Shown here one piece after another: positions 38,804 through 46,683 of a stretch of DNA of 64,000 nucleotides. This DNA is from Staphylococcus phage LY01, in sequence record OR836606.1, one strand, 5' to 3'. Under the pieces are notes generated by a model, which worked only from the letters and a program-made list of their open reading frames with translations, did no database searches and was not told the origin of the DNA. Positions within the stretch are counted from its first letter, which is position 1, and each line of letters begins with the position of its first letter. The position numbers were made by a program, and so were the translations under genes.

Positions 38804-40006
38804 ATGATAAACAAAAACGGAAAATTAGTTAAATCTTTCAAAACTAGAATATACCCAAATCAAGATCAAATAAATTATTTCAATAAATGTTTTGGTGTAA
38901 GAAGAAAAATATGGAATATGGCTTTAGAAGACTATCAAAATAAAGATGATGACGCTCAATTTAGCGGATTTGATTATCAGAAAAAATTAAATAATGAAAT
39001 TTATGAATCTGGTAAATATCCCTATCTTTATGAAGTTAATAGCATGGTTAGACAAGAAGCTTTAAAAGACTTAGATGAATCTTTTAAAATATATAGAAAT
39101 GAACAAAAGAAAGCTAGAAAGTCTAAAGATGCAATTGACACTGAAAAATTTAAACCCAAGTTTAAAAAGAAAAAACATTCTAATGAGTCATTTAGATTTA
39201 TGGTTAAAGATAAGAAATATTTACCTATTAGATTTTTATCTAAGAAATGGATAAAAATTTCCGTAATGAAAGGAATTAAACCTTTTATAATCAAATCTAA
39301 AGAATCAATGAAGTTTATTAATTCTAATAACCATAGATTTCTCACTTACACTATAAGCAGAAAGAATGAAAAATATTATATTTCTGTAACTTATGAGATA
39401 AACAATTATAAGAAACAGAGATTGAATAATGATTCAATTGGTATTGATATGGGTATGAAAACACCATTAGTATGTGTAGATTCAAATGGTCAAACATTTG
39501 AATTTAAAATCCCACATAACTTATGGAAACAAGAAAGAAAAACTGAGAAATTGCAAGCAAAACTATCAAGTAAGAAATATTATTCAAAATCATATTACAA
39601 AACTTTAAAACAATTAAGAAAATCTTATAATAGAGAGTGTAATATATTAGAAGATTATAGAGATAAAATCACTAATTGGTTAGTTAAAAACTATAAAGTG
39701 ATTAATATTGAACCATATAGTCATAAAGCTTCTAATAATTTAAGAAATGCTCGTAGATCTAATAGAAGATTTGGCAAATATGATTTCCTAGAAAAATTAA
39801 AGTATAAGATTTTACAATATGATAATGAATTGAATATAATTACTAAAAAGAAAACTACACAAACATGCTCATCATGCGGTTATGTAAGAACTAACGATGA
39901 GAAACTTGTCATTGGCGATGATATTCATGATTGTCCTAAATGTAATGTAGTTCTTGATAGAGATTTAAATGCGGCTAAAAATATTCTAGATTTAAAATAT
40001 GTTTAA
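38804..40006 (+). CDS. tnpB: TnpB (OMEGA RNA-guided RuvC-like nuclease / IS605 OrfB)
   Basis: N-terminal KTRIYPNQDQINYFNKCFGVRRKIWNMALE. RuvC-I IGIDMGMKT, RuvC-II ..VINIEPY.., zinc finger CSSCGYV..CPKCN, RuvC-III VLDRDLNAAKNIL. 400 aa. Confidence 0.85.
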   Translation: MINKNGKLVKSFKTRIYPNQDQINYFNKCFGVRRKIWNMALEDYQNKDDDAQFSGFDYQKKLNNEIYESGKYPYLYEVNSMVRQEALKDLDESFKIYRNEQKKARKSKDAIDTEKFKPKFKKKKHSNESFRFMVKDKKYLPIRFLSKKWIKISVMKGIKPFIIKSKESMKFINSNNHRFLTYTISRKNEKYYISVTYEINNYKKQRLNNDSIGIDMGMKTPLVCVDSNGQTFEFKIPHNLWKQERKTEKLQAKLSSKKYYSKSYYKTLKQLRKSYNRECNILEDYRDKITNWLVKNYKVINIEPYSHKASNNLRNARRSNRRFGKYDFLEKLKYKILQYDNELNIITKKKTTQTCSSCGYVRTNDEKLVIGDDIHDCPKCNVVLDRDLNAAKNILDLKYV

Positions 40007-40180
40007 TTAATTTCACAAAATAAAAGATATGAGAGTCGCCTGCGGTCAGCGGGAGACGATAAACGGGTGATAAGCTAATGTCTGATTAGCTTTACAAGGA
40101 GTACAGAGGTACCTCTATACGTTAGTCACTGAGCCAAGTGTATTTTATACAAGATCTTGCCTTTAGATTTAATTATTTAA
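40007..40180 (+). ncRNA. putative omega-RNA (reRNA) scaffold at the right end of the TnpB element
   Basis: GC content jumps (GAGAGTCGCCTGCGGTCAGCGGGAGACGATAAACGGGTGATAAGC..) immediately after the tnpB stop. Multiple stems present. The position is typical of IS605-family omega-RNAs. Confidence 0.45.
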
Positions 40181-41571
40181 AATCAAGATTTAACAAGACA
40201 GACAGTATGGATTACAACTAACTATAATAAATTCATTATAGAAAAATTTGGTTATAAAGAAAATGCTGAAACTGAATGGATCAAGAAAGTTATTGAAGAT
40301 GACCAAGTTATAGATTATATTGAAAATAAATCTAACTTATCTGTTAAAAAAGGTAATGCTTCTTTAATCAATAATAAATATGTAACTTCAGTTATTTATA
40401 ATAGCTTATCTAGAAATATATTAAATTTCCAAGATGACACTAATGTACTTGAATTTAATCAAAGAAGTTTATTAGCGATGATTTCTGATAGTGCTAGTTT
40501 ATCTAAAATTGATTATGATCAAGATAAATATTTCCCTATTGGTTATAATATTAATAAATCTAAATTAATATTAGCAGATAAGACAGAATCTGTTATGTAT
40601 GAATGTAGTAAGACTAATATTAAGTCAATGGAAATGAATATATTTGATTACCTTATTGATAAATTAGACAATGAAGTTGACTTTGGTGTTATTGATAAGA
40701 AATTCAGTAAGAATATTCAGGCTAATAAGACTATGGCATTTTCACGTGTTAAAATTACTAATAAATTAGTACCTACAATTTTATTATTAGGTTTCTATAA
40801 AGGTTTAACTAGTATTCTTGATCTTTATGAAGTTGATTATAAATTTACTACTGAGAATGAAAGAATTAGTATTCATGATAAAAAGAATAAAATTAAATTC
40901 CAAGATGGTTATTTAATATACTCTACTGATAAATTAAGATATGATTTATTAATGTCTGGATTAACTGTATTGCCTACATCACAATACAATTTCAGTGATT
41001 TTGAAACTGAAACACCTTACTTAGAATATTTCAATGATAAATTCTACAGTCGTAATGTTGGTAAAGGTATCAAAAATACTATGGATTTAGCAATGGATCC
41101 TATTACTAAAGAAGTATTAAGGGATTTAAAACTTCCTGATAATATGGTTGAATTATTACTATTAGCTAATACGATGTTAGAAGATGTATCAGCTAGAGAT
41201 CATAATGATATGGGAATTTATCGTGTACGTGGCCCAGAACAAATTAATGCATTATTATATAAAATGATGGCAAATGCTTATAAAGAATATTCAGATTCTT
41301 ATAATAATAAAAATCCTAAGAATATTTCAGTTAAACAAGATCAATTAATTAAAACTATTATGGAACAACCTACAGTGGATGAAGTATCTGATTTAAACCC
41401 TAACTTAGAAATAGATAAGATGACTTCTGTTACATTTAAAGGACCTGCTGGACGTAACTCTGAACAATCATATGAACCTGATATTCGTTCTTACGATGAA
41501 AGTATGCAAGGTATATTAGGAATAAGTACACCTGACAGTAATAAGGTAAATTACTTGCCCTTAATTACAGT
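40181..41571 (+). CDS. RNAP beta-like subunit, exon 2 (true 5' splice acceptor somewhere after 40181; ORF track shows only 40478..41578)
   Basis: FSRVKITNKLVPTILLLGFYKGLTSILDLY aligns to RpoB FVRIDRRRKLPATIILRAL..EQILDLF. FKGPAGRN..EPDIRSYDESMQGILGISTPDSNKVNYLPLITV aligns to [41 protein letters not shown]. Confidence 0.6.
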
Positions 41572-41727
41572 AATGTAATTCAATGAAAATTTATTAATTG
41601 CTAAAAATCTTTATTAAGATGATCAGCATCACTAAAAATAGTGTTCAACGACTAAATATAAATTCACTTATTATAAGTGTAAGATATAGTCTAATCTGTA
41701 TTAGATTATTATAGAATAATACAAATG
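41572..41727 (+). ncRNA. compact group I intron, copy A (short-5' subfamily); boundaries +/- a few nt
   Basis: P TTAATTGCTAAAAATC, Q AGATGATCAGCATCA, R TGTTCAACGACTAAATA, P8 CACTTATTATAAGTG, S GATATAGTCTAATC, P9 CTGTATTAGATTATTATAGAATAATACA, terminal AAATG. Confidence 0.7.
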
Positions 41728-41878
41728 AGGTATTGTCAGACAACTTTCATATGATACACAAATTAAATCTACTCGTGGTTATACTGATGGTAGTAAAAAA
41801 GATGTAAGTGATACAGCTTTATACACACCATTAGAATTATTAAATCCATATACTAGTAGACATGCGGATATACGAAAT
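41728..41878 (+). CDS. RNAP beta-like subunit, exon 3 (~50 codons)
   Basis: ..YTPLELLNPYTSRHADIRN aligns to RpoB ..SLIPFLEHDDANRA. The proposed junction gives LPLITV|GIVRQLSYDTQIK. Confidence 0.5.
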
Positions 41879-42034
41879 GAGGTAAGTTCGCAATAAAATT
41901 ATTTAATTGCTGGAAAGCTTTATTAAGTTAATCAGCATCAGTTAAAGACTGTTCAACGACTAAATAATAATTACCATTTATATGGTGAAGATATAGTCTA
42001 ATCTATATTAATTTAATATAGAATAATAAAAATG
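41879..42034 (+). ncRNA. compact group I intron, copy B (short-5' subfamily)
   Basis: P TTAATTGCTGGAAAGC, Q TTAATCAGCATCA, R TGTTCAACGACTAAATA, P8 ACCATTTATATGGT, S GATATAGTCTAATC, P9 CTATATTAATTTAATATAG, terminal AAAAATG. Same 156-nt length as copy A under independent boundary guesses. Confidence 0.7.
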
Positions 42035-42058
42035 TCACCTCGTATAGGAATGACTGGT
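42035..42058 (+). CDS. RNAP beta-like subunit, 8-codon micro-exon 4 (SPRIGMTG)
   Basis: RIGMTG aligns to RpoB RALMGA immediately before the QRQAVP motif. Confidence 0.45.
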
Positions 42059-42242
42059 ATTAAAATGAATGCCCTTTATTATAGTAATATAATATACGAA
42101 AAATATTTAATTGCTAAGAATCTTTAATTAAAGAAATTAGCATCAAATTAATACAATTTGTTCAACGACTAAATAATATTATACTTATTTAAGTATTTGA
42201 TATAGTCTGATCTGTATTAAATTAATACAGTTAACATAAATG
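42059..42242 (+). ncRNA. compact group I intron, copy C (long-5' subfamily with P1 hairpin GGTATT-AAAATG-AATGCC)
   Basis: P TTAATTGCTAAGAATC, Q AATTAGCATCA (compensatory TGCTAA/TTAGCA versus TGCTGG/ATCAGCA in other copies), R TGTTCAACGACTAAATA, P8 ATACTTATTTAAGTAT, S GATATAGTCTGATC, P9 CTGTATTAAATTAATACAG, omega-G at 42242. Confidence 0.75.
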
Positions 42243-42644
42243 ACTCAAGCTAAGCATTTAATTGCTACTAAAACAAATGACCGTCCATTAGTTGGTTCCG
42301 GTGTAGATAAATCTTTAGCCTACCAAATTTCAGACACATTTGCTTTTAAAGCTAAAGAAGATGGAAAAGTAACTTCTATTAATGAGAAAACAGGATTAAT
42401 GATTGTTGAATATATTAATGGAGATAAAGATGTAATTGATATATCTGAAAAACTTGCTAAAAACTCTAATGGCGGATTTTATCAAAATAATAAACTTACA
42501 CCGCAATTTGAAGTAGGTAAGAAATTTAATAAAGGACAAATATTAGCTAAAAATGATAATTACTTTGCAGGTTCTGGTAGTAATAATGATATTCAATTCA
42601 CTGCTGGTAAATTATCTAAAGTTGCAGTAGCTAGCTCATATGGT
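42243..42644 (+). CDS. RNAP beta-like subunit, exon 5 (134 codons, ends on GGU)
   Basis: TQAKHLIATKTNDRPLVGSGVDKSLAYQISDTFAFKAKEDGKV aligns to RpoB [39 protein letters not shown]. ..KLSKVAVASSYG aligns to ..MRVAFMPWNGYN. Confidence 0.65.
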
Positions 42645-42832
42645 ATTATAAATGCCTTTCATTATAGTAATATAATGTATAAAAAATATTTAATTGCTGG
42701 AAAGTCTTTATTAAGACAATCAGCATCATTAATTTATAATGTTCAACGACTAAATAATATTATACTTAATTAATATGTATTTGATATAGTCTAATCTGTA
42801 TTGATTAACTCTTAATGCAGTTAATATAAATG
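42645..42832 (+). ncRNA. compact group I intron, copy D (long-5' subfamily, P1 hairpin GGTATT-ATAA-ATGCC)
   Basis: P TTAATTGCTGGAAAGT, Q ACAATCAGCATCA, R TGTTCAACGACTAAATA, S GATATAGTCTAATC, P9 CTGTATTGATTAACTCTTAATGCAG, terminal TTAATATAAATG (omega-G 42832). Confidence 0.75.
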
Positions 42833-43591
42833 ACTTATGAGGACAGTTCTATTATTTCTAATAGTATGTCTGAAGCTATGTCAACTAAAGTTACTATGAA
42901 GAAAACAGTAAATTTAGCTTCCAATACGAATATTCAATATATTGTAAAAGAAGGTCAAAATGTACGTACAGGAGACCCATTAATGATATTTGAGAATTCA
43001 TTTGATGATGAAGGTATCGGTTCTTTATTAGATAAAATTGGATCTGAATTTGAACAAGAAATCCAAGATATTTCTAATAGAGCTGTTAGATCTAAATATA
43101 CAGGCGTAATTAAGAAAGTAAATATCTATTATAATGATGATATTGAAAATATGTCTCCTACATTAGCTAAATTGGTTAATAGTTATATTAATAAATCTAA
43201 GAATAAATATAAAGAATATAAAAATGCAGTTAAAGGTAACAAATCTACATTACCTGGATTAGATGTAGATATTCCTGCAGTTGAAAAAATCAATAATGAA
43301 AAAATTAAAGGTGAAAAAGTTGATGGTGTTCTTATTGAAATCTTTACAGAATATGAAGATGATATGAGTATCGGTGATAAGATTAGTTTCTATGGGGCGT
43401 GTAAAACGGTCATTGCTGACGTTACTCCACCTGACGAATCCCCTTATGCAGAATATAGACCTGATGAAGAAATTGAAGCTATATTCTCTCCATTAAGTAT
43501 CGTGTCTCGTATGACTACAGATATATATCTCATGTTGTTTACCAATAAAGCACTCATAGAGCTTAAGAGAAAAGTTAAAGATATGCTTTAA
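42833..43591 (+). CDS. RNAP beta-like subunit, exon 6 (in frame with exon 5 when joined GGU|ACU)
   Basis: TYEDSSIISNS aligns to RpoB NFEDSILVSER. The join gives ..SSYG|TYEDSSII. Confidence 0.65.
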   Translation, partial: TYEDSSIISNSMSEAMSTKVTMKKTVNLASNTNIQYIVKEGQNVRTGDPLMIFENSFDDEGIGSLLDKIGSEFEQEIQDISNRAVRSKYTGVIKKVNIYYNDDIENMSPTLAKLVNSYINKSKNKYKEYKNAVKGNKSTLPGLDVDIPAVEKINNEKIKGEKVDGVLIEIFTEYEDDMSIGDKISFYGACKTVIADVTPPDESPYAEYRPDEEIEAIFSPLSIVSRMTTDIYLMLFTNKALIELKRKVKDML

Positions 43592-43599
43592 TATTATAT

Positions 43600-43629
43600 A
43601 CCCTAACCATTTATACTTTGGTTAGGGTT
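43600..43629 (+). terminator. terminator ACCCTAACC-ATTTATACTTT-GGTTAGGGT + T-run after the beta-like gene
   Basis: CCCTAACC-family stem-loop plus TTATTTTT. Confidence 0.55.
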
Positions 43630-43695
43630 ATTTTTAATAAATCATTATTTTAACACATTAATATTAATAAAATAAATAGAAATGAGGAAAATATA

Positions 43696-44115
43696 ATGGA
43701 TTTGAAATCTTTAGAAGAATCTCTAGACAAAGAATTTAATTTAGTTAATGAAGATCCAGAACAAGATTTTTTTAAAAGCATGATAGGGGTTATCATAAAT
43801 CAATATCAAAAAGGGATAGATGGTTTAACAAAACAAGGATATGCTAACTTCCAACCTAGTAAATTTGTTTATGCAGGAACTAATATAAACTTAGAAGTAA
43901 AATGTAAAAACCTAGTTAGTGGAGAAAATACAGAAAGAGATTTTGCTGTAGTTAGAATTAATAGAACTATTGCTTCAGGAGGACAGTATGAAAGCTTAAT
44001 GAATAGAAATAAATCATCTGTATTCCCTGAACTTAAAAAGATGAAACCTTCAGATGAAGCTAAAAAAGCTGCTGAAAGTAGAATTAAGAAGGATAAAATA
44101 AAATTAGAACTTTAA
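43696..44115 (+). CDS. hypothetical protein
   Basis: 139-aa ORF with RBS GAGGAAAATATAATG. Confidence 0.4.
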   Translation: MDLKSLEESLDKEFNLVNEDPEQDFFKSMIGVIINQYQKGIDGLTKQGYANFQPSKFVYAGTNINLEVKCKNLVSGENTERDFAVVRINRTIASGGQYESLMNRNKSSVFPELKKMKPSDEAKKAAESRIKKDKIKLEL

Positions 44116-44190
44116 AAAGATATCGAGGATATTAGAAATACTAAAGATAAACAAGAGAAAAAAAGAAAGATTAAAGAATATAAAGAAAAA

Positions 44191-44724
44191 TTGAAAAATA
44201 GTAAGAAAAAATTAAATGAAGAATTAAAAAGAGATATTGACACTGATAAAGAAGAACCTATTTGTGAAGAATGTGGATCTAAAATGTCTCCAAATGAATC
44301 AGGTCAATTAGTATGTGAAGAATGTGGTAACACTTCTGATGTTGCAGTTCAAGAAGGAGTTGTTGAACCTGATAATCTTGAAGCAGATTTTGCTAAAGCT
44401 TGTATGAATTTTAAAATAAAAGCTAAAAGTAATGGCATTAGAATTGATTCAGGTAATGCTGTAGTTGTAGCCAAACGTACTGGTGGTAAAAATGCTGCTT
44501 TGGAGGTACCTATTAAATATAAAGGTAAAGATAAAATTAGAAGAATACCGATTGGTATAGTTGCAGATCGTTTCAAAGAAGCACAAAAATGGGTTCAAAG
44601 TAATGGTAATAAATTTGTATCCATCTTTAAGAAAGCTCCTGATAAGAAACCTGAAATTGATGAAGATGATAAAGTTATTGAGAACTTAGAAAAAATATTA
44701 GATGAAGAATTTAATTTAAACTAA
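44191..44724 (+). CDS. zinc-ribbon protein (CEECGS..CEECGN), paralog of the 44768..45277 gene
   Basis: Shared C-terminal blocks KEAQKWVQSNGNKFVSIFKKAP / EKAKKWAQANEKKYIALFKKLP and a terminal ..LE(K/E)(I/A)LD(E/R)EF.L. Confidence 0.45.
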   Translation: MKNSKKKLNEELKRDIDTDKEEPICEECGSKMSPNESGQLVCEECGNTSDVAVQEGVVEPDNLEADFAKACMNFKIKAKSNGIRIDSGNAVVVAKRTGGKNAALEVPIKYKGKDKIRRIPIGIVADRFKEAQKWVQSNGNKFVSIFKKAPDKKPEIDEDDKVIENLEKILDEEFNLN

Positions 44725-44767
44725 ACTATATAGAAAAAAATAAATTAAGAAAGTAGGAATTATAATT

Positions 44768-45277
44768 ATGGAAGATTTTTTACAAGAAACACTATTAAAT
44801 GAAGGTAAAGTAAGAGACACTGCTAGAAAAATGTTAAACCCTTCCGATAAAGATACTGAAGAAAGATTCGTAGCACGTGCTACTAAAAAGAAAGCTAAAA
44901 TTATCGCCAAAGGTAAAAAGTTTGATGAAAATGAATTTAGTTTAGACGCAGAAAAAGATGGAACAGTTAACTTTATTTTTAGATTAGTTGACAAATCAGG
45001 GTCTTCTTCTGTATTACAACGTTTTATTCAGGTATGCAAATTTTCAGATCCTGAGAAAGCTAAGAAATGGGCTCAAGCTAATGAAAAGAAATATATTGCA
45101 TTATTCAAAAAATTACCTACTAAATTAAATGAAGCTATGGAAAATAAAATTGATTCAGTTGTAAGTCCTGTTGAAGAAGCTTTATTTAGTTTATTTGAAG
45201 CTATTAAAGAAGAAGAACAAACTAATGAAGAAATCAATTCTTTAGAAGAAGCTTTAGATAGAGAATTCGGTCTTTAA
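44768..45277 (+). CDS. hypothetical protein, paralog of the 44191..44724 gene
   Basis: See the paralog entry above. Confidence 0.45.
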   Translation: MEDFLQETLLNEGKVRDTARKMLNPSDKDTEERFVARATKKKAKIIAKGKKFDENEFSLDAEKDGTVNFIFRLVDKSGSSSVLQRFIQVCKFSDPEKAKKWAQANEKKYIALFKKLPTKLNEAMENKIDSVVSPVEEALFSLFEAIKEEEQTNEEINSLEEALDREFGL

Positions 45278-45283
45278 TTTTTT

Positions 45284-45316
45284 ATCCCAATACCTTATAT
45301 TAATAGGTATTGGGAT
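45284..45316 (+). terminator. terminator ATCCCAATACC-TTATATTAATA-GGTATTGGGAT (second copy of the 12658 element)
   Basis: Same 11-bp stem as the element at 12658-12690. Confidence 0.55.
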
Positions 45317-45394
45317 TATTATATTAAAACAAAATTCAAAGATAACAATACCATATACGAAAATTAATAAAGAAAGTGAGGATAATGAGAATAT

Positions 45395-46663
45395 ATGGGT
45401 ACATTTATATCAAATGATGAATTACAACCAAAAGATATTGTAAATAGTTACGTATCCTCATATTTATCCGGTACAGAAAAATATAGTAAGTTTCAAGCAG
45501 GAGCTCCTAGTTTTGTTACATACTATAGTAAAGATCATGAGAAATCTACTTCTGATCGTTCACTAGATAATGTTGAAGAAATTATTGGAGATAATTCTCC
45601 ACTGAAATATAACAAATTAAAAGATTTTCCCTTATATAATGTAGCTGAAATGAATCCTACAATTGAATGGGACGAAGAATGGGGAACTGATAAAGACCTA
45701 GAATCTGAAGCGGTTATATTACCAGGTACTATTGAACCTTTACCAGATGATTTTATTGTATTTCAGTATCAATCTAAAGAAAATGCAACTAGTAGAATAT
45801 ATCGTGTAACTAACGTAGAAATGAGTTCACTAGAGAATTCAGCTTACTATAAAATACAATATCAGAATTTTAATGTTAATACAGAAGATATTGAAAATCA
45901 AGTATCAAACGTGTATAGAACAGTATTTTCCAATATTGGAACAGATAATAAATCGCTGATATTAGAAGAAGATTTCTATCAAGTTAATCACAGTATTAAA
46001 TATGCTGATGAATTTTCACAAATATTTATTGATCATTTCTATAATTCTTCATTAAATACTTTTATTTACTATGAAGATGAGTTCAGTGCAGTTGCATCAA
46101 CTAAATATATTGATTTGAATTTATCTAGATTTATTTATGATAATAATCTATTAGTAAAATCTAACACCTATCTTTCTAATATATTACCTTATAAAGATAA
46201 AAATCCTAAGAATGAAAGAATAAATCAAAAGAATTATAAATTCTCTCTATATGAAAAATTAAAGGATAAAAAGACTTTACCTAATGTTATTACTCTTAAT
46301 GACACTAAGGATAATTTCTTAAAAATGTTTAGAGAGAAGTATAAAGAAATAAGCTTCGTTCATAAAAGTATAGAAGACACTGAAGTATTAGATGGATTAA
46401 ACGATTTTATAGAATTGAGTAATTTAACTAAGATTAATGAAGTTAATGAAGATTATCAAGGCACTAAAAGTTTAACTTACTTTGACGATAGATATAAATT
46501 AATCTCAATGTATATGAATGATGAAAAGGTAGAAGAAAAAATATTAAGTAAAGTGTTTAATTACTATGATGATAAATATGATATGAATATGGAAGATTAT
46601 GTATTACTTCCGTGTATATTATTTATTATTAAAGATAGTATTGAAGGAACTTTTAGAAAATAA
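45395..46663 (+). CDS. hypothetical protein (422 aa)
   Basis: ORF with RBS AAAGTGAGGATAATG. Confidence 0.45.
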   Translation: MGTFISNDELQPKDIVNSYVSSYLSGTEKYSKFQAGAPSFVTYYSKDHEKSTSDRSLDNVEEIIGDNSPLKYNKLKDFPLYNVAEMNPTIEWDEEWGTDKDLESEAVILPGTIEPLPDDFIVFQYQSKENATSRIYRVTNVEMSSLENSAYYKIQYQNFNVNTEDIENQVSNVYRTVFSNIGTDNKSLILEEDFYQVNHSIKYADEFSQIFIDHFYNSSLNTFIYYEDEFSAVASTKYIDLNLSRFIYDNNLLVKSNTYLSNILPYKDKNPKNERINQKNYKFSLYEKLKDKKTLPNVITLNDTKDNFLKMFREKYKEISFVHKSIEDTEVLDGLNDFIELSNLTKINEVNEDYQGTKSLTYFDDRYKLISMYMNDEKVEEKILSKVFNYYDDKYDMNMEDYVLLPCILFIIKDSIEGTFRK

Positions 46664-46683
46664 TTTAAGGAGGATATTTAAAA

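Larger units (their letters stand above)
38740..40180 (+). mobile_element. IS200/IS605-family TnpB-only insertion (IS1341-like) nested in intron E; together they form an IStron-like unit
   Basis: TnpB ORF with its own RBS, followed by a GC-rich ~170-nt 3' region. The beta-like reading frame reopens exactly at 40181. Confidence 0.6.

Noticed and set aside
40181-40477. Treating 40181-40477 as non-coding leader of the 40478..41578 ORF.
   Set aside because: The frame is open and in phase from 40181, and it codes for sequence that continues the RpoB alignment. The ATG at 40478 is an internal Met (..LLAMISDSAS..).
35287-42832. The seven ~150-nt direct repeats could have been a CRISPR-like array, or intergenic repeats separating genuinely independent small genes (phiKZ-style split RNAP subunits).
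   Set aside because: The repeats are ~150 nt, not 28-37 nt. The supposed spacers are conserved RpoB/RpoC coding segments of 24-1400 nt. No Shine-Dalgarno precedes the ATG created at the repeat end. Two segments (SPRIGMTG and YSRRWVNL..) have no possible start codon. The repeat carries the canonical group I P/Q/R/S ribozyme core with compensatory base changes.
35287-42832. Programmed translational bypassing (T4 gene 60 / byp-like hopping) across the elements.
   Set aside because: Known bypass gaps are 27-55 nt with matching take-off and landing codons. These gaps are 130-190 nt, lack matched codons, and have a recognisable catalytic RNA core.
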